NCBI RefSeq assembly: GCF_000189295.2
Contig: NC_016803.1
Location: forward strand, 1,800,001 to 1,832,000
DNA from: Pseudodesulfovibrio mercurii
Lineage (GTDB): Bacteria > Desulfobacterota > Desulfovibrionia > Desulfovibrionales > Desulfovibrionaceae
Reading direction: 5' to 3'
Length of the DNA stretch: 32,000 nt
Notes under the pieces: generated by a model
Told to the model about the DNA's origin: nothing
The model's database searches: none
What the model saw: only the letters and a program-made list of their open reading frames with translations
Program-made: the position numbers and the translations under genes
In this document: positions 6,759 to 13,229 of the stretch, piece by piece
Numbering within the stretch: the stretch's first letter is position 1
Layout: each line of letters opens with the position of its first letter

Positions 6759-6881
6759 CCCACCCCTGAACCACCGCCCCGAAAAGCAGTCCCGGCACCC
6801 CGCCTCCCAGCCCTTCAGCGTCGGCAGCGAAGCGCCCCGACGCCCCCGACGCAGCAAGGCTTTCGAGAGTGGTGTGGCAGT

Positions 6882-6955
6882 ACATTTTTCGAGGGCGCGG
6901 CCGACCGCAGCGTATTGCAGCATACGTGAGGATCGGCCGCGCCCTCTAAAAATGT
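6882..6955. repeat. 74-nt hairpin element with the same apical core as the tRNA-linked repeats
   Basis: Arms acatttttcgagggcgcggccga (6882-6904) and tcggccgcgccctctaaaaatgt (6933-6955) pair at 22 of 23 positions. The apex is ccgcagcgtat-tgcagc-atacgtgagg. Confidence 0.65.
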
Positions 6956-6989
6956 GCTGACGCGCCGCTATCGGAAGCCGCCGCGCCCC

Positions 6990-7631
6990 CTACACGTACC
7001 AGTACATGACTACGTAGTGGCAGAACGAGCCGCCGATGACGAAGATGTGGAATATCTCGTGGAAACCGAAGTGCCTGGGGAAGGGGTTGGGCCACTTGAG
7101 GGCGTAGATGACGGCACCCAGGGAGTAGACCAGACCGCCGGCCACCAGCCAGATGAGGGAGGCCGGGGACATGGCCTGGACCAGGGGGTAGACGCCCACC
7201 AGGACGAGCCAGCCCATGGCCAGGTAGATGCCCGTGGACAGCCAGCGCGGGGCCGTGATCCAGAAGACCTTCATGACGATGCCGCCGATGGCCAGCCCCC
7301 AGATGACCCCGAAGATGGACCAGCCCCACGGACCGCGCAGGGGGATGAGGCAGATGGGCGTGTACGTGGCCGCGATGTAGAAGAAGATCATGGAGTGGTC
7401 CACGCGGCGCAGGACGCGGACCCAGCGGTCGTTCACCGGCAGCCAGTGGTACAGGGTGGAGGCGGTGAAGAGCAGGATCATGCCCCCGCCGAAGATGGAG
7501 AAGGTGACGATGTGCCACGGCAGGGCCGGGCCGGTGGCGCGAACGATGAGCAGGACCGTGCCGAGCACGGCCAGCGCCGCGGCGATGCAATGCGTCAACC
7601 CGCTGACCGGGTCGCGAAGGGATAAGGTCAT
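6990..7631 (-). CDS. Hemolysin III / PAQR family membrane protein
   Basis: 213 aa with about 7 TM segments. Motifs STLYH, R.DH..I. and HEIFH..V match the Hly-III family. Confidence 0.85.
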   Translation of the reverse strand: MTLSLRDPVSGLTHCIAAALAVLGTVLLIVRATGPALPWHIVTFSIFGGGMILLFTASTLYHWLPVNDRWVRVLRRVDHSMIFFYIAATYTPICLIPLRGPWGWSIFGVIWGLAIGGIVMKVFWITAPRWLSTGIYLAMGWLVLVGVYPLVQAMSPASLIWLVAGGLVYSLGAVIYALKWPNPFPRHFGFHEIFHIFVIGGSFCHYVVMYWYV

Positions 7632-7732
7632 GACGGCTCCTCGGCTATTTCAGCCATATTCAGCATGGCACACTTGCGCGCGTCAAACAAGTGTTTCACG
7701 GCGCCCCCGACGAGCCGGAATGTGCTCCCCGA

Positions 7733-8185
7733 TCAGAACCCGCCCCGGCTCCACGGCTCCACGGACGCGCTCCGACACTGCTCGGCGTCGTTGATCAGGT
7801 CGGCCAGGGTGAAGGTGTTCAGGCGCTCGTACATGGCGTCGGCGGCCTCCTGCCACAGGCGGCGGGTCAGGCACTCCTTCATGCGCGAGCACCCCTTGTC
7901 CCCGGAGCGGCACTCCACCAGGGAGCCGTCTCCCTCCAGAGCGTGGACCACCTCGCCGATGGGGATCTCGGCAGCGGGCTTGGCCAGGGAGTGCCCGCCG
8001 CGCGGGCCGCGCTTGGACTTGACGAAACCCACGTCCTTGAGCTTGCGGATGAGCTTTTCCAGGTACTTGGCCGAGACGCCCTGGCGGTCGGCGATGTCCT
8101 GGATACGCACCGGCCCGTCCTTCCCGTGCTGGGCGATGTCGAGCATCATGCGGGTCCCGTAGCGGCTCCGTGTGGTCAGTTTCAT
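7733..8185 (-). CDS. Rrf2 family transcriptional regulator (putative Fe-S binding)
   Basis: MKLTTRSRYGTRMMLDIA...VSAKYLEKLIRKL wHTH, plus a three-Cys cluster C-x8-C-x5-C (VECRSGDKGCSRMKEC). The start is taken at the ATG at 8185. Confidence 0.88.
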   Translation of the reverse strand: MKLTTRSRYGTRMMLDIAQHGKDGPVRIQDIADRQGVSAKYLEKLIRKLKDVGFVKSKRGPRGGHSLAKPAAEIPIGEVVHALEGDGSLVECRSGDKGCSRMKECLTRRLWQEAADAMYERLNTFTLADLINDAEQCRSASVEPWSRGGF

Positions 8186-8351
8186 GTGTGGCCCCCTGTG
8201 GTGTGGTTTGCGGTCCAATCGGTTTCGGCCAGTCCCGAGGGGCGTCGGTCCCTGCACAGGAACCGACGGGGCCCCGCAACGGGTCCCATGAACGCCCCGC
8301 CGGGAAAGCCCGTCAGGACAATTCAGAATGTTTCCGTAGGGGAATTAGCAC

Positions 8352-8382
8352 AAAAAAAAGGCCGCGACAACAATCGCGACCT
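8352..8382 (-). terminator. Rho-independent terminator after the CbiM-partner gene
   Basis: On the minus strand, ggtcgcga-ttgttg-tcgcggcc (one G-U pair) is followed by T8. Confidence 0.75.
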
Positions 8383-8414
8383 TTCGGGTCTGATTTTCCA
8401 CAAGGCCGCGCGGG

Positions 8415-9038
8415 CTAAGGGTTGCGGCGGCTCCTGACGTAGGCGGCCACGCCGAACAGGCCGAAAATCCAGCCGATGCCGCCGAGGATTTCGACCATGG
8501 ACGGCCCGCTGTCGTGCAGCTCGGCGACCATGCGCTTGAGGGGCTCGACCTCGCGCCGGACGATGGACTCCACCTGGGCGGCGGTCAGGCCGCCCGCCGG
8601 GACGGCGGCCGGGGCGACGGCGACGGGCGCGGCCGGGGCGGATTCCACGGCGGGCTCCTCCTCGGCGACCATGTCGGACGCGGGCCGGGGGGCGTCGGCG
8701 AACTCGTCGTAGCGCACGGTCCATTCGGCCTGGTGGCCCTGCCCGGCCTTGAGCAGCAGGCGCAGGTCCATCTTCTTTTCGCGGGCGGCTGCGGGGATGA
8801 CGAAGGCGAACTGGCCCTGGTCGTCGGTCTTGCCGCTCAGGAGCAGGGTTCCGGTGGCGGCGTCGTAGACCTCCACCTCGCCCTGGTGCACGCGGCTGGT
8901 GCGGCTGTAGCCGCTGTCGGTGACGATGCGGTCGCCGTCCACGTAGGCGAAGATGTTCACCTTGTGGGCCTCGGACACGGCGGCCAGGCAGAGGGTCGCG
9001 GCCAGGGCCAGGCACACGGCGATGATCAGGCGGTTCAT
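8415..9038 (-). CDS. Signal-peptide protein with a beta-rich periplasmic domain, Ala/Pro linker and C-terminal TM anchor; accessory to CbiM/NikM (NikK/NikL-like?)
   Basis: MNRLIIAVCLALAATLCLAAVSEA signal peptide; HKVNIFAYVDGDRI...TDDQGQFAFVIP domain; C-terminal ILGGIGWIFGLFGVAAYVRSRR. GAGGAG Shine-Dalgarno. The gene lies 35 nt downstream of cbiM. Confidence 0.55.
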   Translation of the reverse strand: MNRLIIAVCLALAATLCLAAVSEAHKVNIFAYVDGDRIVTDSGYSRTSRVHQGEVEVYDAATGTLLLSGKTDDQGQFAFVIPAAAREKKMDLRLLLKAGQGHQAEWTVRYDEFADAPRPASDMVAEEEPAVESAPAAPVAVAPAAVPAGGLTAAQVESIVRREVEPLKRMVAELHDSGPSMVEILGGIGWIFGLFGVAAYVRSRRNP

Positions 9039-9073
9039 GACAACTCCTCGGTTTGTCGGGTGCAATGCGCGGG

Positions 9074-9670
9074 TCAGCAGCTCAGGACCTCGGGCTTGAC
9101 CTTGGCCAGGAAGGCGTAGGCAAAGCCGGTGATGACGCCCTCGATGACCATGATGGGCAGATGGGCGAGGAACAGCACCTGGGCCGCCTCGACGAACTCG
9201 TCGCCGGACAGGGCCAGGGCCCCGGCGGTCAGGGTGGCGCTCAGGAGCATGGCCAGAAAGCCGCAGGCAAAGGCGGCGGCGAACCGGCTGCCCGCGCCGC
9301 GCACGAGCACGGGCCGGAACAGATACCAACAGAGCACGGCGGGCGCGGCCATGTTGAAGCAGTTGACCCCGAGCGAGGTCAGGCCGCCGTACTGGAAGAG
9401 CACGGCCTGGAGGGTCAGGGCCACCAGGATGGACGGGAAGGCCGCCCAGCCCAGGACCACGCCGAGCAGGCCGCCCAGGATGAGATGCCCGCTGGACGGG
9501 CCGATGGGCACGTGGATCAGCGAGGCGATGAAAAAGGTGGCGGACAGGATGGCCACGGACATGATCCGGTCGTAGTCGATCTTCCTCAGGCCGATGGCCG
9601 TTCCGGCCACGGTGAGGACCGCCCCGCCCAGGAGCACCGGCCCCGAGAGGACGCCTTCCGATATGTGCAT
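9074..9670 (-). CDS. cbiM: CbiM/NikM-type metal (Co/Ni) uptake membrane component
   Basis: N-terminal MHISEGVL, matching the MHI-EG metal-binding N-terminus typical of CbiM/NikM. 198 aa, polytopic. Confidence 0.8.
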   Translation of the reverse strand: MHISEGVLSGPVLLGGAVLTVAGTAIGLRKIDYDRIMSVAILSATFFIASLIHVPIGPSSGHLILGGLLGVVLGWAAFPSILVALTLQAVLFQYGGLTSLGVNCFNMAAPAVLCWYLFRPVLVRGAGSRFAAAFACGFLAMLLSATLTAGALALSGDEFVEAAQVLFLAHLPIMVIEGVITGFAYAFLAKVKPEVLSC

Positions 9671-9874
9671 AAGACCCGCTTTGCGTCATCGCGGGCGAAC
9701 CAACCCCTCGATTTCCGGGGAAATTTCGCCAGCGTGTTAACAATTTAAAATTTGTATACACCTACCGGGCCTATTTTTCAAGCAGTGTTTGCACCCGTCC
9801 GGGCGCGCGGGGCGGTTGCCTTCCCCGGCCGATTTCGGCACTCTGGGTGCGCACGGCAACCCAAGGGAGCAACC

Positions 9875-11122
9875 ATGTCCGTCATCATCCGAAAGAGCCT
9901 GCTCGAACTGATCTTCTCCGGCGCGTTCATGAAGCGCTGGAACGACAAGCTGCGGCCCATGGAGCTGGTCGAGGTGGACAAGCAGGGGCACAAGATGATC
10001 GTGGCCTGGCTGCTCTTCCTGCTCAACTCGCGGGACATGGACGTGGCCCGCAAGCGGGCGCTCGGCGAGTCGATCATCGAGGGCGGCATCTTCGACTACC
10101 TGTACCGGCTGGTCATCACGGACATCAAGCCGCCGGTCTTCTACCGCATCAAGGAGAACGCCGAGGACTACCGGACGCTGACGGCCTGGGTCCTCCGGGA
10201 GCTGACCCCGCGCATCATGCCGCTGGGCGAGGACTTCATCCGGCGCATGGGCGAGTACCTGATGCACCCCGAGGACAAGGGGCTGGCCCGGCGCATCCTG
10301 CACGCCGCCCACCTGTACGCCAGCTATTCGGAATTCAAGCTGCTCAAGTCCATCAACCGCATGGACCACGAGCTGCTCGAGATCGAGCAGAGCTTCATCG
10401 ACCGGCTGGAGGCCATGCGCGACCTGAACGGCGTGGCCGAGCTGCTCGACGAGGACGGCACGGTGCTCGGCGGGTTCGCGCGCATGTGCGGGCGGCTGCG
10501 GTTCCAGAAGCGCTGGTCCCAGACCCCGCGCGTGCCCGAGACCTCGGTCCTGGGCCACATGTTCATCGTGGCCGCCTACTCCTGGTTCTTCTCCATGGAG
10601 GTGGGGGCTTGCCGGGCGCGCAGCCAGAACAACTTCTTTTCCGGCCTGTTCCACGACCTGCCCGAGCTGCTGACCCGGGACATCATCTCCCCGGTCAAGG
10701 GGGCCTCCCAGGACATCAGCGAGCTGATCCACGAATACGAGATCCTGGAGCTGAACCGGGTGGTCCTGAACCCCCTCAAGGAGGGTGGCTACACGGACAT
10801 CACCGAGCGCCTGGAGTACTTCCTGGGCCTTGCGGTGGGCAGCGAGTTCAAGGCCACGGTGATGCTGGACGGCGTGGTCTCCGAGGCCTCGGAGACCGAC
10901 CTGGCCGGGCGCTACAACCACGACACCCTGGACCCCAAGGACGGCCCCCTGCTCAAGGTCTCGGACGCCCTGGCCGCCTACATCGAGGCCCACACCGCCC
11001 TCAAGAACGGCATCTCCTCGGACCAGCTCCACCACGCCCTCTATCGCATCCAGCTCAAATACAAGGAACACCCGATCGTTGCCGGGGTCCAGGTCAGCGC
11101 CCTGCTGGCGGATTTCGACTAG
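9875..11122 (+). CDS. HD-domain phosphohydrolase (YfbR-like motifs, internally duplicated)
   Basis: QKRWSQTPRVPETSVLGHMF ... GLFHDLPELLTRDI. The ATG at 9875 is preceded by AAGGGAG. Confidence 0.75.
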   Translation: MSVIIRKSLLELIFSGAFMKRWNDKLRPMELVEVDKQGHKMIVAWLLFLLNSRDMDVARKRALGESIIEGGIFDYLYRLVITDIKPPVFYRIKENAEDYRTLTAWVLRELTPRIMPLGEDFIRRMGEYLMHPEDKGLARRILHAAHLYASYSEFKLLKSINRMDHELLEIEQSFIDRLEAMRDLNGVAELLDEDGTVLGGFARMCGRLRFQKRWSQTPRVPETSVLGHMFIVAAYSWFFSMEVGACRARSQNNFFSGLFHDLPELLTRDIISPVKGASQDISELIHEYEILELNRVVLNPLKEGGYTDITERLEYFLGLAVGSEFKATVMLDGVVSEASETDLAGRYNHDTLDPKDGPLLKVSDALAAYIEAHTALKNGISSDQLHHALYRIQLKYKEHPIVAGVQVSALLADFD

Positions 11123-11135
11123 CGGGCGAAAAGCA

Positions 11136-11158
11136 AAGCCCCTCTAATTGAGGGGCTT
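11136..11158. terminator. Hairpin at the core/islet boundary (aagcccctc-taatt-gaggggctt)
   Basis: 9-bp perfect stem 14 nt after the HD gene stop. A T-rich tract follows only on the minus strand (tgcttttc). Confidence 0.4.
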
Positions 11159-11408
11159 AAAATGATAATCGAATTAGAAAAGACATACCGGGATCAATTG
11201 AATATTCGGGTGTTCTTCCGGCATATTTTCTGGAATATTAACCGGCTTGGGTTGCTAAACTGATCACCGTTTCCGGCCTGTCAATGAACGCGGGGAGTGA
11301 AAATGTGGTGAAATGCAGACCACCTAACCTCCTTACTATTTTCGTAAAAAGGTCACAATAAGCACAAATTGCGGCGCCATTGAAGCGACCTTCATATTTC
11401 ATAATGAA

Positions 11409-12875
11409 TTACACATTAAATGCTTTACCTTGGATTATCGACAAACCTTCTCGGTAGAGCATGGGCACTTTATATGACTGTCCAAACTTTTCAAGAAAAC
11501 CAATTTCTTCTAACTGTTTAACAGCTAGCAGTAATTCCCCGCCTTCTTTTCCAAGCAACACCGATAACGATTCTATATTGTGCTCGCTCTTTTGGCCCTC
11601 AAATTTGTATATTAATGCGACAGACTCCCCTGCTTCTGCCATTAGCGTATCTTCAACACGTGTATGGCTAAGCTTTGACAATGCACGCCGTATCGCATCA
11701 GATTCAATTATGGGATAATCCGCAGAATAGAGTCTAGGCTCTCTATTTTCACGACGCAACTGAGCCTCCCTAGCAAGGAAAACCAAATCGATCAAATTAC
11801 GGGGAGGTTTTATATTATTCCCGTCTCGAATTCGTGACATTATCCAATTCCAGCATGTTGGCTTCCTATCTCCCACATCAACCTGTTCTGGGAAAACCCT
11901 ATTAAAAATTTTGTCATTAGTGGAATCCGTTAGCTTTAATGACGATATTAATTCTTGGTTTTCTTTTAACCTCTCACATAACAGGTTAAGTAAATCTTCC
12001 TCATCCCAGACGATCTCTGTCTTGTTTGCATTAATATGCGTTAGATTAACGAACCCATCCCCTATAATTTTTCGAAAAAGGTCACATCGGACAAATAGTT
12101 TAATTTTAATATTCGAAAATTCAAGCATGTCAAGACAAGTTCTAAGCAATGCTCTCAGTGCAGGAACTTCTATATTTGGATATCCTTGGAATGCCTCATC
12201 CAATCTATCAAGGACAAACCACGCAGTCACACCAAGCTCTTTTACACATTCGTTGCATATACGAAGAGCATCCTCATGTGAAACCTCTTGATATTCTTCT
12301 TTTTTATTGTTGCTATATTCATATTTCTGTACAAAAATCGGCACCCCTGTTTCTGAAAAAGTCAGGCTAGATTCTACTGAATCAGGGTGCAAAAACCTTT
12401 TCACCAAATTAGCGAGCTTACCAAACACAGTTGCTGGAGAATCACTGTCCAAACGCAATCCAGAATCTCTTAATATCGAATCAAGTTTGGCAAATTTTTT
12501 GGAACCTTCTCCATCTGCAATCGATAAAACCCAATTCCCAACAAGAGACAGGATGTAAACCTTCCAAATACTTTTGTATTGCCCCTCAGTCAGGGGCTTA
12601 TCCTGTGTCAATTTCTGAAAGACAGGACTTCCTGTGGGATTAAAAGCGGTTAAAATCTCAATGTTTTTGAGTTCGGGCAATTGCCGTTGTCGACTGATAA
12701 TCATTCGATAGAGTGCGGTTTTACCCGTTCCTTTATCCCCAGCAATGACGTCAACCCGCCCCTCTATCAACGCCCTGAACGCCTCAGTTTCGACGAAATA
12801 TTTATCAAGAGCATCATCGTACTCAGCAACGGAATTTCCTATAAAAATGCTCCTGACATAATCAACCATCTCCAT
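11409..12875 (-). CDS. P-loop NTPase, KAP/Sll1717-like, 488 aa (function unknown; defence candidate)
   Basis: Walker A is AGDKGTGKT (12717-12743) and Walker B-like is AWFVLDRLDEAF. A KPPRNLIDL motif and a wHTH-like C-terminus are also present. GGAGG lies 7 nt upstream of ATG 12875. The track start at 12923 has no Shine-Dalgarno. Confidence 0.8.
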   Translation of the reverse strand: MEMVDYVRSIFIGNSVAEYDDALDKYFVETEAFRALIEGRVDVIAGDKGTGKTALYRMIISRQRQLPELKNIEILTAFNPTGSPVFQKLTQDKPLTEGQYKSIWKVYILSLVGNWVLSIADGEGSKKFAKLDSILRDSGLRLDSDSPATVFGKLANLVKRFLHPDSVESSLTFSETGVPIFVQKYEYSNNKKEEYQEVSHEDALRICNECVKELGVTAWFVLDRLDEAFQGYPNIEVPALRALLRTCLDMLEFSNIKIKLFVRCDLFRKIIGDGFVNLTHINANKTEIVWDEEDLLNLLCERLKENQELISSLKLTDSTNDKIFNRVFPEQVDVGDRKPTCWNWIMSRIRDGNNIKPPRNLIDLVFLAREAQLRRENREPRLYSADYPIIESDAIRRALSKLSHTRVEDTLMAEAGESVALIYKFEGQKSEHNIESLSVLLGKEGGELLLAVKQLEEIGFLEKFGQSYKVPMLYREGLSIIQGKAFNV

Positions 12876-12990
12876 TTGTCTGCCTCCGCTCCTTACTTTG
12901 AATATCGTCAATCGATATCTCACCTAATAAAAGCATGCAAGGAGCAATGCAAGGGTAGTAAAGAAGGCCCCAAAGAGAATAAATCTCCAT
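12862..12990 (-). CDS. Possible 42-aa single-TM micro-protein overlapping the NTPase start
   Basis: MEIYSLWGLLYYPCIAPCMLLLGEISIDDIQSKERRQTNGDG*. Its stop overlaps the NTPase start (ATGGAGATGGTTGA). It has no Shine-Dalgarno. A TATACT -10-like hexamer (12999-13004, minus strand) would make it leaderless. Confidence 0.2.
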   Translation of the reverse strand: MEIYSLWGLLYYPCIAPCMLLLGEISIDDIQSKERRQTNGDG

Positions 12991-13051
12991 CCATCTAGAG
13001 TATACCCCAGTTCGACAACAGCAAGCGTAATGAAAACCGTCCAAACGGCAG

Positions 13052-13090
13052 CAAAAAGGCCTTGGCTGACAATGTGTCAACCAAGGCCTT
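13052..13090 (-). terminator. Rho-independent terminator (minus strand) between rlmD and the islet gene
   Basis: On the minus strand, aaggccttgg-t-tgaca-cat-tgtca-g-ccaaggcctt is followed by TTTTTGC. Confidence 0.7.
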
Positions 13091-13229
13091 GATTGTAATT
13101 TGACTGTCCTGGCAGCTTCCGGAATATCGCGGGGCGCTCGGCTATAGAGAGCGCACCGGCCCACCTTGCCCCTGCCACCGGACCGGCTGACGGCCGGGGC
13201 TCTACGCCCCCGTCAGGGGGCCGGTCCGC

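Larger units (their letters stand above)
11160..13140. other. Low-GC islet (probable horizontally acquired insertion)
   Basis: Sampled 60-nt lines inside the islet are 33-42% GC, against about 63% in the flanks. Boundaries are judged by eye. No integrase, transposase, terminal inverted repeats or direct repeats were found. Confidence 0.7.

Noticed and set aside
6882-6955. Bidirectional intrinsic terminator between convergent genes.
   Set aside because: On both strands the T-run precedes the GC stem and the A-run follows it, the reverse of a rho-independent terminator. It is therefore treated as a repeat or structured element.
8415-9761. The single 448-aa ORF spanning 8415-9761(-).
   Set aside because: Its N-terminal two thirds are an Arg/Pro/Gly-rich alternative frame of the cbiM gene. 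The real product starts at ATG 9038, with a Shine-Dalgarno and a signal peptide.
11162-11336. Micro-ORFs downstream of the NTPase: 33 codons on the plus strand (11162-11263, MIIELEKTYRDQLNIRVFFRHIFWNINRLGLLN) and 19 codons on the minus strand (GTG 11323 to 11264), the latter preceded by a perfect TAAGGAGGT at 11327-11335.
   Set aside because: They are too short and unsupported. The plus-strand ORF has no Shine-Dalgarno. The minus-strand ORF has only 3 nt between the end of the TAAGGAGGT sequence and the GTG, and it encodes an unremarkable peptide. They are kept only as a note because the perfect Shine-Dalgarno in non-coding AT-rich DNA is odd and might be a remnant of a lost partner gene.
11461-12998. 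Plus-strand ORFs inside the islet (11461-11718, 11911-12291, 12149-12370, 12307-12558, 12431-12643, 12681-12998).
   Set aside because: All are antisense to the NTPase gene, short, Ser/Leu/Asn-rich and without Shine-Dalgarno sequences.
11160-13140. Calling the low-GC islet a defined mobile element (IS, MITE, integrative island or prophage remnant).
   Set aside because: No integrase, transposase or recombinase ORF is present. I found no terminal inverted repeats or flanking direct repeats, and there is no adjacent tRNA. Only foreign composition can be asserted.
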